From assembly GCF_000143415.4 (NCBI RefSeq), contig NW_003314365.1:62001-126000 (forward strand): 64,000 nucleotides of DNA, given 5' to 3'. Made by a program: the position numbers and the translations under genes. A model generated the notes under the pieces. That model was not told the DNA's origin. It saw nothing but the letters and a program-made list of their open reading frames with translations, and did not search any database. Source of the DNA: Selaginella moellendorffii (lineage: Eukaryota > Plantae > Lycopodiophyta). Below are positions 48,042-61,435 of the stretch, one piece after another. Each line of letters begins with the position of its first letter. Positions within the stretch are counted from its first letter, which is position 1.

Positions 48042-51000
48042 CGATGTGTCAAATGCAGTGCTTCGCATAAGCTTGTGGGTGTGACTAGGCTAGTGGAGTC
48101 ATGTTTTAAAGCTTCTCCTTGTCCCTTACGATGCTCGCAGTGGCTTAACGTACCCATGAGCAGTTGAGGGACTTCTTCGAACCTCACAGATCCTTGTGTT
48201 GTATCATCGCCTCACTTGCCATGCTTCTTCTCTTGTCAGCCATCAGCTATGCAGAGTCTAAACCTGCAAGCAGCTCTTGAGGAATTGTTTGCTCTCACCT
48301 GATGCTCGATCAAGGCTCTCACAACGTACTCGGGACTTGACTACAGTGGATATCACTGATGCAACAAGCTTTAGGTTCCGAGTCTAAGTTAGTTGCACCA
48401 ACTCAAAGATGTTCTGTTTTGTTTCATGGTTTTGAACATGGTTTTTCTATAGGAACAAGCATCAGACTGGAAGCTTTTGGGTGGTGTCTTGATGAATTAA
48501 GCTCCCCGAGGGTTTCATCTTGCGAAGAAGAGAGAAACAACTACCCCCAACCTTCAGCACTCTTGACATTTCCAGATGCCTTGCAGCTCGAATCTCTTGG
48601 GCAGAACGCACCGGTGCTCTTGAGGGGGGTGCCTGGATCAAATCAAACTGATGGGAAACATTTGCGTGCCAGCTGAGCGCCATGCCCAGAATTTCAAGAA
48701 ACGATTCATGAAAGTAACAAACACGTTAATAAGCTATTAATGCATAATTTGGACGGGAACCTGTTGGCCGGATATCTGGCTCAAATAAAAACAATTATTG
48801 TCAAGGTCACAGGTTCGAACCCACAGCCAGAGACCCAATTAAATTTTACTTCGCTTGCGCAAGAATTTGCCGGCACCTGGGTCTTTATGGAATTCGCTGG
48901 AGTGCTTGAGCAGCAGCAGCAGCCACGATGATCATGGTCAGTGTGTCGATCTAGCCCAGACTCTTCCTTTTGCTTTAAAGTCATGCTGGAACGCGTCTCA
49001 GCATTGCTCGCTTGAACGCCAACAGGTTTGGACGAGGAGAGGAGCTTAAACTTGCAGCCCGCGTGACTCGCAATGCAGCCTTGTCTACGAAAGTATCATT
49101 GCATTTCAGCTAGAGGGGGTGTCCAAGTTTGAATCCACCACTAGCTCCTCCTACATGCTTCGTCAAAATAGCGAATGGCCGAGGACTACTGACGACCTGG
49201 ATAACGATACGCTGCTCCACACTTTCGAGCAGCGTTTGACTGCCGCGCTTGTGCCAACCTCATGTAAGAAAGAGTGGAGCTGAGCGAGAGCGTAGCCTTT
49301 CTTCTCGACGTGGGTCCTTGCAGAGCATTGTGTTGTATCATTCCACCGCTTGTCATGCTTCTTCTTTGCTCTCACCTGACGCTCGATCAAGGCTCTCACA
49401 GGCTGCAATGAATAACAAAGGAATCACTGGTGCATCAACCCTCAGGTTCTGAGTCTAATCAGTTGCACCAAATCAGGGATGTGCCTCTCGTGTTTTTGGG
49501 AGTGAGTATTTAATTTCATGGTCTTGAACATGGCCAGAGGATTTGATCTTGCAAAGAAGAGAGAAACAAATAAATACCCCAACCTCCAGCACTCTTGACA
49601 TTTCCAGATGCCTCTCAACTCTGCTCTTCAAGAGGGTGGTTGGATCAAATCAAACTTGCTCATTTTCCAGAAACTTTTCTTGTTCCGAGAAACAAATTTT
49701 GCTCCAAAAAAAATCCTGGAACCAAGAAGAGAGGCTTGGAAACTTCGCGCGACCTTGCCCACGTGATTGATACGGAACAAGAAATCAGCACGCGTGCCAT
49801 TCACTCAAAATCAAGAACAAGCGAAACACTTTAACAGGCTATTAATGTTTAATTTGGACGGGAACCTGTTGGCCAGATAATAAAGAAATTTATTGGCAAG
49901 GTCACAGGTTCGAATCCACAGCCAGAGAACCACCTAAAAACACTTTTTTCAAGTGTAGGCGACGATATTGGAATTTCCTTGTTTCTCCCTCCCGCAGGCT
50001 CGAGAGACAAAAAAGACAGTGGTCGATCTAGCCCAGAGAGAAAGGATCCTGGAATGTGTCTCTCGCTTGGAACGATAATAGATTTGGAGGAGGAACTTGC
50101 GCCTCGCGTGACTCGCAATGCAGCCTCGTTACGATCGCACACTCTGCAAGCTGGAACGCGAGCGATTGAGCGGAGCAGAGACAGGACACGACCCTGGACA
50201 TCGGTTTACCGATGCCCAAGAGTTTTGGCAACCTTCGAATGGCTGTGAGTCATGATCTCCAGCCCAGAGGACAGGTCCAACTAGCATCGGACTTTTCCCC
50301 ACTCTTTCATTTTCCAGCGCTGAAATTTGGCTCGACACTGGCCTCGTCTAGCTTCCCAGATCTCCCCAGCAGATCCACCAAGCATCTTAAATGTTCCATG
50401 ATCGTGGACATGCTGTAGTCTTGGGCTATGGACGACAAGTAGTTCTCATCCCGAGATGACTGCAGGCAGAAGAGCTCGCTCTGATCACAAGATGCAAAGG
50501 AGGGAGAAGCGTTGCAAATTTTTTTGATTGGGCTGTGGATTCGAACCTGTGACCTTGCCAATATATTTGTTTATTCTAGCCAGATATCCGGCCATCAGGT
50601 TCCCGTCCAAATCGGACACTAATTGCTTCTTAACGTATATCATACCTTCACCATAACGGCGCAAGCTCTCGCTCATTTCTAAGCATCCTTTCTAAACCTG
50701 TGGGAACGTTTTATAAGGCTGTCATCCTTTCTGCAGTTGTCAAGCTCAAACCATTATGGAATGAAGATTTCATGGCTTGTTTGAGCATTGAAGATTAAAT
50801 TGATCCAGGCACGCTCTTGATTAGCAGCAAAGTTAAGAGTACAAGGCTGGAGGTACTTCTCTGTTCTTTCAAATCCTGGGGAGCTTGAGATTTCATCAAG
50901 GGGCTTTCTTGTCGTGTTCTATCCAAGTTTGATGCTTGTTCCTAGCAGCAACAAGAAAAAATCCATGAAATTTCAAGTCACACCCTGTGTGAAGAAGAGG

Positions 51001-51212
51001 GGGCAATGCATGGAAAGTACTCGAGGCCAAAAGGTGGCTGTCCACAACAAGAGTATTTAGAGCAAAAAGGGCGAAAGATGAACTGTGGGAAAGCAATGCT
51101 TTCACTACAACGTATATCCCTTGTGCCCTGCTGATCAATCCAAAAGCCACAACGCTGGTGGTAGTGCAGCAGCTCCTCCGTCCCGCGTTTAAATTCTACA
51201 AGCTCTTGCCAG

Positions 51213-51871
51213 GTGCAAGGTTCCATGGCCGTTTGCGACAAGAGAAATGCTAGTCACGTCTTTCGAACTGGAGCTACCTGAATTGGATGCCGTGGTTGGC
51301 TGCTTGCGAACAGTTAAGCTATCAATCACTGTGCCTCTTTTGTTATTTTATTCACTCCAATGGTGGTGATTTGCCAGGTCCCCCAGGAAGCAGAGACTAT
51401 CGTCAAGGAGACCATCCATGGTTTTAATGCTTCTCATTTGCCTCCTCCAAAAGAGGGCGTCATTCGCATGGAAGCCAACGGTCGATTTATCCTCCAGAAG
51501 ATTAGCGACGAGAAATGCTACATAAGGTACGCTATTAGTTTTTTTTTTTTTTTTGTTTTCTTCTTAAGATAGTCACTACTTCTTTTACAGAGCAGTAATA
51601 CACCTGGACCTTAAGCTCGACCTTGTTCCGACATGGGTGATTAACTTCCTTGGGCGTCAAGTTGTGGGACATGGCTTCAGGCTATACCTCAAGGTATATT
51701 TCTTTCCTTTTCGGGTGAAAAATGTCTAAGCTTTGTGTGTTACAACAGACTGTTTCTTCTGTTAAAGAGAGCAAAGTGTTTCAAGAATGCATCAGGCAAC
51801 AGCCACTCTACAGCCGCATAACGTTACAGATGCTACCAAAATCGAGCCACGAAAATGGATACAAGAGTTGA
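51213..51871 (+). pseudogene. START-like 3' exons (spacer D)
   Basis: Colinear copy of 15378-16036. Confidence 0.8.
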
Positions 51872-54005
51872 GGTGCTTTTCATAAGAACTATTCATAAGC
51901 TTCCTGCACAAGAGCATTTACATTTATAAACAATTTATAAACAAAGAGGAGCTTGACGCCCACCGATACTCCTGAAAAGTCCGAACTTATTCATGAGACA
52001 TATGCAAGGTGGGTTTTATAAGATTTCTGTTGTTTTGCATGTCTAGAAAAATCTGCTGCAGTCAAGCTCAAGAAAGAAACCATTCTCTTCTCGATGGAAT
52101 GAAACTCTCACTTTCTCCATGCTCTGGCGAGGCCATGGCAAACAAAACGGGTTGGATGGACTCTGGATCTCAATCTGAGCAAGCAGCTGATGCAGAAGCT
52201 ATTTTTGAGAAACAAAGTATAAGTATGCTGCAACAAGAACCAGCAACATCCGTTTAAGATATTGTTCTGGAAGATGGCTTGTCTGAGCTCGAGTTTGATT
52301 TGATCCAGGCACCATGGTCCCGGGAATCTATTCTTCACTTGGTTGTCCAAGCTGGAGGTCCATAGGTTTGGATCCTTTCAAATCCTCGGGGCGTGAGACT
52401 CTGGAGCTCCAAGTTTTGATGCCTTCTCTTGGCAATAATATAATATATTGCTCTGAAACCGTGAACGCTTACTCACCCGCAAACAAAACTCCAGGGTTGC
52501 ACCAGAGATCCAATAAACCTGTGAGAGCCTTGACCAAGCTCAAACTCAATCAGCTCAGAGCAAGCTTTCTCAAAAGTTTCCAAAGAGCAGATGGCATAAC
52601 ACAAAAAACGTATACCAGGTCACCAACTCATCTCATCACAAGTTGCGTTGTGGTCACTCCACGCCTTGGATGTTGATGAACTACAGGCCTCCATTTTATC
52701 TTGGAAAATGCTCGAGGCCAAAGGGTGGCGAAGATGAGGAATGAAGCGATCTGGACTGGACAAGAGTATAAACAAAATGAGCACGAGAAGAACCATATAT
52801 ACCGCGGAAAAGCAGTGCTTGTGCTTGTGAGCCTAGTTTGAAGATGTCTGAGACTGAGAAGAAAGACCATGCTGCTCGACTCATAGAGCACGCCCGGCAG
52901 CAGCACACCGCCCGGGTAAAGAGCCCCCTGGATCGAAAATGTGCAGCAGTAGCGTATAATGGCAATGGCGGTGGTTTTCCATGGCATCGTTCTTGAGCCT
53001 TGACGAGGAGGTGCCATCCAGCGAAGATTTGCAGGAAGGAGGAGCGATCTCCAGCGGTGGGCGCCTGGGCGAGAATGCGGTGAGCACAGATCTGGGAGGG
53101 GGAAGGCGCATCCACGAGGAAAATCGTCTCCAGCGGCCTCGAGGTTCCTTGCTAATCTGGTCATAGAAAGGTATGGAAAGTGCGGGCGCTGGAAATCTTC
53201 CAGAAGATGAAAGATCGAGGTTCTTTCTCGTGGAAGATTGCGATCGCGGCATTTGCCCTTGTTACTCTTTTTCGAGCATCCAGACAGCAGGGGTATGGCC
53301 TCCTCCAAAGGCCGTGGTTGATTTACCCTCCAGCAGTAGTCTTTCAACCAGGCCTGGAGCGGGCCTTCTGCCAACTTAAGTCGAGGTTCCTGGTGTTTCT
53401 CACCATGTGTTTCTCACCTGGATCTCCGCCACATCGCCATTGATAGCTGCAAGAATTCGATGGACGAGCATTTGCTGGGCAAATGCGTTCCAGAAGAAAA
53501 CATTTCCATCTTCCATTTTGTGGAGGACACCCAAGGCATCTGCGGTGCGCCGGCACTTTCCATACATTTCTATGATGAAATTCGCGAGGAATCTATGACG
53601 ATCAGAGCAGCGTCTCCTCCTCGTCGTCAAGAACAATGATGGAACCATTCGTTAACTACAGGTAAGCTTCGTCAAAATAGCAAATGTCGCAAGGACAGCG
53701 ATAGCAGAGGTGACGCTGCCACCATTTGGATAACGATACGCTGCTCTGCACTTTTGCTCGCATTCCAACAAGGAAGTTCCTCACCCGAGAAGGGCTTGTC
53801 TGCTGCGCTTGGCTGGATGATCCGGTCTGGCTCAAACCAAGACAAGCCTTCAAACAATACCTCGCAAAGCAAGCATCACAAGCATTGCTTTTGTGATTTA
53901 AAGCGGTATGTATATACTCTTGTCCAGATTGCTCAAGAACGCAGAAGAGACTGTCTTGAGCTTCATTCCTCACCTTTGCCACCTTTTGATTTTCGCCAAA
54001 CGATG

Positions 54006-54300
54006 TGAAGAGGTGTGAAAACTCCTCTTCGCTGGAAATCTATTGTTAGTAAGAAAACAAAAGAGAAAAAGGCCCGATCTCCAAGGGTAGAGAAGAAGCA
54101 TGAGAAAAAGAATGCGGTGTATTGATAAGAAAAACGATGGAATGGAGATAGGTATTCACAATTCAGATTCCCCCTTTTGAAAGGCTAGCAATTCTAACTG
54201 CTAGCATATACTATATGCTGTGCATGATTTAATCTATGGCTCCGATGCAGCCTTGGGTTCAAAGTCGGAGTCCCCTAAGTCTGGGTTTTTGGTTGATACA
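54006..54300 (-). repeat. 3' LTR of E4 (295 bp)
   Basis: Same LTR sequence with adjacent PPT. Confidence 0.95.
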
Positions 54301-55403
54301 CTCTGCTCCCCTGACAGAACTAGACACCATCCTCGGTGCGAACATAGTCAGTTTCCATCACTTGTTGCTGCTGCTGCTCAAGTCGATAGAGGCGATGCTT
54401 TTCCTGCGGGAGTGTAAGCTCGTGGTTAGGGACACTGTCTGGTGGATCTGTCCCATCTTCCTGGAGGTCGGCTACCTCAGCTAGCAGGGCGGTATGATCA
54501 TCCTCGAGCTTTCAGTAGCGAGTGTTGATCTCTTCGTATTTGAATTTGTAGGTGAATTCGTGAGCTGCTGATGGGGTTGATGGCTGCTTGGAGACGATCT
54601 TCCTGATGTCCTGGAGGTCAGTGCAGATCTACTTCATCTCTTCGAGCTGAGCATCCAACTAGTGGTTTAAAGGCTCATAGAATTCCTTCTTAATCGCTCC
54701 CTGGAGTCTTGCTTGAGAAGATGCTGTGCAATGTCGGCTCGTGTTGGGAAGTAGTTTGCTTGCTCGCGGTGCATGCATTGATCGAGGGCTTCAAATAACT
54801 TGCGGGTGTAGTAGCTTGGGTCGCAAAGTTTATCTTCGTACTCCTTCCTGATCTCGTCATAATCATGGCGTACTTGACTCTGTGGCTGAGGCATAGCTGC
54901 TGCTCCTACTCCTGCTCCATGATCCTGGTGTTTCTCGCTGTGTTCTTGGTCCCGGGAGTTGAGTTTGCTTTGTTGGATGTAGGTGACATGGTCGGGCCAG
55001 ATTCTTTGAGGTGGTTGGAGATGAGCTTTTCAGTTTGATGGTGGATAAACGGCCCAGATGTGACGCTGAAATTAATTTATCCGTTTGGAAATTTTTCGCT
55101 TGGAATTTTGTTGAAGGGGCAGAATTTTTGTGAATGCTGGTCGTGGTATTTGCTGGAGGAGGCATGGTTGTGTGTTCTTCAAGTGATTGGTGAAGGTAGT
55201 CAATGTTTTCTTTTGTGGAACGTGTCGAGGAGGTCAAGGCGTTGAGAATGTTGTTCTCAGCTGGTGGAGAAATTGAGTTCAGGGCGGGCAGCTGACGTTT
55301 TCCTTTGGCGATATTGATGTGTTTGTGAGAAATTGTTGGTTTTGGGGCTGATTCGAGTGGATGCGGGCTCTGGGGTGAGTGTGGATGGTGGTGTGAGTTA
55401 TCT

Positions 55404-56228
55404 TCATTGTCGCTGATGATGAGGTGCTCTCAGATCAGCGGTGGCGGCGAAGTGGAGTTGAATTGTTGGAGTGTTGTTGCTAGAGCTGGTGTTGTTGGAG
55501 TGAGTTGAGCCTGATTGTTGAGATGTTGGCTTCGGTTTCTTGCTGGGAGTTGCTCCTTCTGATTCTGACTGGTCTTCGGAGCTGTCACTTTGTTCTGTGG
55601 AGTTCATTTGGGTTGTCCACGGTTGTTTGTTGGGAAGAGCTTGGTGTAGAGCAATCAGCAGTGGGAATATTACTGTCCGCATGGTCTTTTTGTTGAGTGT
55701 GGCGAGGATGGCGCGGTCGAGAAGCTTGAGAAGGAGCTCATGGAGATGATGAGCCACGTTCACACGTTTGCCGTCAAGTAGAGCTCTGTAGACTTCTACT
55801 CTGCACTTGCCAATGGTGCGATCTATTGGGCGAAGTTCGTAGTAGAGGAGGAGGGCTTTGAGGCGATCCATATGCTGCTCCTCGATGTCCTCCCATGTGA
55901 GCTCACCGGTAATTTCTCGATTGGCCTTGATGATTTGCTGTGGAACTTCTCCTGAAAATTTGAGCAGTCCCTTGTTGGAGATTTTGAAAACGGAGGTGAT
56001 TCTTGGTGATTTCGTTGGTGCCGTCGGTTATGGTGCCATTCTTGGGTTGAAGGAGGCGGCCAGCTTCCTTGCTAGTTTTTGATCAGGGTGTGTTGCAAAG
56101 GCCTTGTGGAGGAGCTCGAATCATGGCCCTTGAGCCAGGTGGTTGTGTCGTTGCTGGGAAGCCTAGGAATATGGTGTATGACATATCTGAGGAGCCAGGG
56201 TGGATGAGCTGGCATCTTTCTCTTCATT
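55404..56228 (-). pseudogene. Extra ORF downstream of integrase (E4 copy, frameshifted)
   Basis: Small deletions near 56005, 56045, 56123 and 55475 relative to the paralogs. Confidence 0.6.
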
Positions 56229-56634
56229 TTCTGTAGTTGAAGTGCTCACACCGTTAGGGTTCTTGAAACTTGTAACTGTTGGTTGGCTGATTGTGTGGCG
56301 CTTGATTGTTGGTGATGAATGGTAGAGATTTGTTGACGGAATTGATGTGGTTTGATTTGGCTTGATTGCAGATCAATGGTGGATATTGCTGATGAAGTTA
56401 ACTCAAGTTCAACTATTGATATTTGCTCAGGTGGCGTTGATCCAACAGTAGCTTGGGACTTAGAGATTTTTGCTGCTATTTATTGCTGAAGTTGGTGGAT
56501 GAGTTCGTGTTGAGTTGAGTTGAGTTGAGTTGTGTCGAACTGATTTGAGTTAAAGTTTGTCTGCTGGGGTGAGTGTCGATTGTTGGTTTTGGGGTGTTTG
56601 TCAGTTTGGGTCGGAAATTTGCTGAGGTGCTGAT

Positions 56635-59600
56635 GCTGAATATGTCGACGTGATATGGTCGAAGCTTGTTGAGGTTGACGATCTCAATGAAGTCTTCAGC
56701 AAGTGTGCTGACTTTGGCGGTGCCGTTGGGGTATAGTTCAATGATTTTGAAAGGTCCTTGCCATTTGGTGTGGAGTTTTCGGCCAAGTTTGCCGATGGGT
56801 CCTCAGTATCAGAGAACATGATCGTCGACATTGTATTTGGGAATGTTATACCGGGATGCTTGTCAGTCATGCCGAGCTTTTCTCTGTTTTTGGATGGCGT
56901 GAAGTGTCCAGAGGGCGTTGAGTCGGAGTTCGTCGAGATGTTCGAGTTGCTGAAGCCTTTCTCGAACTGCATGTTGCTGTTGCTTTCGCTGTGGCATGTC
57001 GGAGAGGTATTGCTTCGGCCCACTTGGTAGTGTAATCGGTGGTGATGATGATGTACTGATTTTGTTGACGGGTGCTGACTTGGGGTCCGACGAAGTCGAG
57101 TCCCCATTTTTGAAATGGTGCCATTGGGAATGTTGGGTTGAGTTGTTGAGTCTGAGTTTTTTGGCAGTAATCGGTGTCAATGACATGTGTCGCAGAATTT
57201 GTAGAATTCTTCAGTGTCATGCCAGAGTGTCGGCCACCAGAGGCCGGCTTGAAGAATCTTCCGAGTTGTGGTGTCAGTGGTGAAGTGTCCGCCGGAAGGT
57301 CCATTGTGAGCTTCCTTGATGATTTGAGTTGTGCTTGGCGGCTTGATGCATCGGTGAAGAATGTTGTCAATTCCTAGTTTGTAGAGCGTGCCTCTGATGA
57401 CTGAGTATCGTCGGGTTTTAGCAACAAAAGTCTTCTTTTGGTCAGACGTAGTGTACTGATCTGGAACTTTTGCTGAGTTCAGGTAACTGAAGACGTCGTC
57501 AAGCCAGGTTGCTGGTATTGAAACTCGGAATAGGTTTGAGTCAGGTAAGTCATCAGTAAGTCTTTCGGGTTTGTTGCCGGTGGTGATCCAGCTGAGATAA
57601 TCTGCTTGCTCGTGATTTTTGCTGGGTTTGTGGATGATCTCGAAGTTGTATTCTTGTAGTAAAAAGAACCATCTTAATATTCGACCAGATAGTATTGGCT
57701 TGTTGATGAGGTAAAAGAGTGCCTTGTGGTTGACAAAAAGGACAACTTTGGTTGACAGTATGTAGTGTCGGAACTTTTGAAGTGAGTAGATCATGCCAAG
57801 AGCTTCTTTCTTGGTGGTGGTGTAATTTCGTTCAGCTGGGTTGAGTAGTCAGCTGGCGTAGTAGATTGGTTGATCTCAGTTGTCGTGTTGAGTTTGGCTG
57901 AGAATTGCACTAGTGACAATGTCGGAAGTGTCGACATGAATGTGGAACTCTTGTGTCCAGTTGGGCTTGGAAAGGATTGATGCTGTTGTTAGTTTGAGTC
58001 GGAAATTGTCGAATGCTTGTTGCTATTCAAACATCCATGTCCATTGGGCATCTTGCTTCAGTCCATTGGTGAGTGGTTTGGCAATGTGAGCGTACTTGTG
58101 GATGAATCATCGGTGATATCCGACTTTGCCAAGGAAGCGCTGAAGTTCTTTGTCGGGGTTGAGTGCAATGTCTTTGTTCTCCTCACACTTGTTGAGGCAT
58201 TTCTCCAGGCATTCAAGATGTTGATCTTCCGAGCTGAAAACGCTGAAGTCATCCATGAAGACTCTCATGAAGTCAGTGAGGTATTCTCGGAAAGTGTTGG
58301 TGATGAGCCTTTGGAAGGTGAATGGGGTGTTGCAGAGTCCAAAAGGCATTCGTCGGTAAGCATAGGCTCCCCATGGACTGATGAATGCTGTCTTGTGCTG
58401 ATCTTCTTCGGCAATGTAAATTTGGTTGTAGCCAGAGAAACCATCGAGGAAGGAGTACATCTCGTGTCCAATGACTGCGTCAAGAACTTCGTTGGTAAAT
58501 GGTATCGGGAAAACATCTTTTTCAGTGGCGTCGTTGAGCTGTTTATAGTTGACGCAGATTCAAAGTTTGCCATTTTTCTTCGGCACAACCACCAATGGTG
58601 AAAGCCAAATCGGATTCTGAATCAGGTAGATGTACTCGACTTGGAGAAGCTTGTCGAGTTCTTTCTTTACTTGTTCCATCAGATTCAGATTCATCCGGTA
58701 GGCTGCTTGTCTTCTTGGTTTAGAGTCTGGAAGAAGTGTGATGGTGTGAAGGCTGAGTTTTGGCAAAATTCCCTTAAGGTCTCGATAACTCCAAGTGAAC
58801 AAGTGTTTCTTCTTTCGGAGAAGATTGATGCCTTTGTCTCGAAAACTTGCCAAGATGTCGGTGGCCGAGTACAATGTAGTGTTCGTTGCCGTCATTGGCA
58901 AGGCTGAATTTTTTGAGTTTTTGGTCGGCTGGAATTGACGGAATGTAGGCAACTTTGTTGTGGTTGTCGACTGTGAATGCCGGTGGCGCTTCGAGTTTTG
59001 TATCTCGAGTGACTGGATTTTTCAGTGCTGATGTAATCGGGGGTCGTTCTCGTTGGAAGTCGGTGACAATTCGGAAGAGGTCGATCTTGGCCAAAGGTTC
59101 GAGATCGGGGTAGGCTTTGAGAATTTGTTGTTCTTCATAGTCGTCGAGGCCATCTTCGAGATTATATTCTTCCAAGTCAATAGATCAGTTGTGGCTGGAC
59201 AGCGATTTGGTCGCTTTTGTCAACACAGTCTTCGGTCCATCTGGTCCGGGAAGGATAAGATTGTCATTGGGCCAATCTTGATAAACTTGGGCAGTTCGGA
59301 GCCAAGGTCGGCCGAGGAGAATCGAGTATTTATCGGTCTGCTTCGGTAGTTTGAGGACGACATAGTTGACTGGTATTTCGACACCTTGAATGGTGGGGTT
59401 GACTTTTCGGATGATGCCTTTGGGTTGAATAGATCGGTGGTCGGCCATTCGGACATTGAAAGGTGCTGGGTGGACTGGGCCGATGTTGAGTTGTTGAACA
59501 AGACTTTCTTCAATAATATTAACGCTAGAGCCGCCGTCAATTATGGCTCCTCGAACAAGGTGTTTGTCGAGTCGTAGGTCAATTGTCAGAACATCATTGT

Positions 59601-61435
59601 CACAATCACCTGGTTGAATCTTGGTTCGAAATGTGTCAACAGCTGTCTGTGTCGAGTTGAGTGTGGGCGAGTATGTCAAAGTGTTGGTCGGTGCAGATGT
59701 TAGATCGGTGAGCTGTTTGGTGAGGTAGGGTGCAATCTTCAACAGTTGGCCGATGGTGATCTGAATATTTTGGTTGAGGATAGTCTCTGCTACTTCTTGG
59801 ATTTTGTCGAAGTTTGCCAAATTGTGTTCTGGTGTCAATGTTGATGTTGGACAATTTGTCTGTCGGTTTTCTGGTACTGAGTCTTGGCATTGTTGTCGAG
59901 CTGGTGATGGTTGAGCTTCATTGTCGGAGTCTAAAATTACTAATTTGGGTGGTTGTAGAGCGAGTTGCCGTTGTATCTTGGTAGCTAACTTCTGCTTCTT
60001 TTCCCATTCCCGGAGTTTTGTCAGGCTCTCAGGGCCTTTCTCTTTACTATCTCCGGAATCTCTGTCTGGTTGTTGTTGTTTTTCTGCTCGAATTTGTGCT
60101 CGGGTTTGTACTACCATGACTTGAGGATCTGAGTCATCATTGTCGGCATAAGGTAGTTCGTCGGTCTCGACCATCCTTGTTGTTGGTGGTTGCTGCTGGT
60201 TTTGATCTTGTTGTCGAGGAGGCGGTGGACCAAGTCTCGGCGGACCGCCTTGGTTTTGAAGTCAAGGTTGCCATGCTCGGTTGTTACAGTTGCCTTGGTA
60301 GCCATGGTCTTGATAACCTTGGCCTTGGTATCTTCGGTTTTGGTATCTTGGGTATTGTTGGTATCCTTGGTTGTAGTTGTCTCGGTTTGCTGGGTAGTTC
60401 TAGTTCGGCGGGTGTTGTTGATCGTTGTAGTTGTTGTTGTAGTTGTTGTTGTAATTGTTGTAATTGTTGTAGCGAGGTTGATCATTCCATTGTCGACTCT
60501 GGTGTTGGAAGTTGTTTCTTAGCAATCTCCAGTTTGTTGGAGGTGGTGGCTGGTAATTGTTGAAGTATTGATTTGGATATGGTTTTTGAAATTGCTGTCG
60601 GGGATAGTTCAAGACTTGTCAAACTTCTGGAGAATTTCAAAATCTGCAAGTTTTTGCATCATGACCTTCTTTGGTATAGATCTGGCATTTGGAGATTTGG
60701 AGCTTGTAGTCACTTGCCAGATGTCCTTCGTTCTTGCACTTAGTACACCAAATTCTAGATCGAAATTCTTTGATGTCGGCCTTGGCTTTTCCCTTGAGCT
60801 TGTCGATTGTTTTCTTGAGTTTCCGAAGTTTTGACTTGGTGCTCTCTCCGAGTTCATCTCGGAGTTGTCGTCGGAACTGCTATCAGAATCTGAGTTATCT
60901 GTGTCATCTACTTGTTCTGTCATTCGTCGAGCTTGAACATCTTGATGGGCTCTTGTGAGTTCGAGATAAGTGGCAACGTTGATGTGCGTTGCCGCTTCTC
61001 AGAGGGATCATTGGAGTCCTGCATGTACCATTGGTAAAGTAATGTTTTGGTGGCACTGTTGCCGCATTTGCTGGCATGTTGAGTGAAGGTTTGAGTGTAG
61101 TTGTTGATGGATTGACCAGAATTCTACTTGAGTTTTTGGATCTTGTGAAGTTGTTGGCTTTGAGTGAGGGAAGACTTGAATTGTTCTACGAGCTTGAGTG
61201 CGAGGCCATCGAGACTTGTATTTTGAGGAAGCGTTTGAGCCCATTTGTTGGCTCTCTTTCAAAAGGGTACATCAGAAATAGTATGGAAGTTCAGTCGTCT
61301 GGCTGTTGATTCGGATTGCTTCTCGGAACTGTTCAACATGTTTCTTGGCATCTTCTGACTTCAGACCATGAAATAGTGGATAGGAGACATGTCTTCCGAC
61401 AGGTATGTTGGCGACGGCGGTAGTGACTACCATGT
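56635..61435 (-). pseudogene. gag-pol of E4, fragmented
   Basis: Protease ORF 59185-60174 (AIIDGGSSVNII...ILLGRPWL); RT 58107-58952; RH end plus integrase zinc-binding region 57177-57794 (EAHNGPSGGH...CDTC). Confidence 0.94.

Noticed and set aside
18456-54005. Site-specific, repeated retrotransposition into the same target in each unit
   Set aside because: Left and right LTRs carry position-specific fixed variants, and all copies share inactivating lesions, indicating one insertion duplicated at DNA level.
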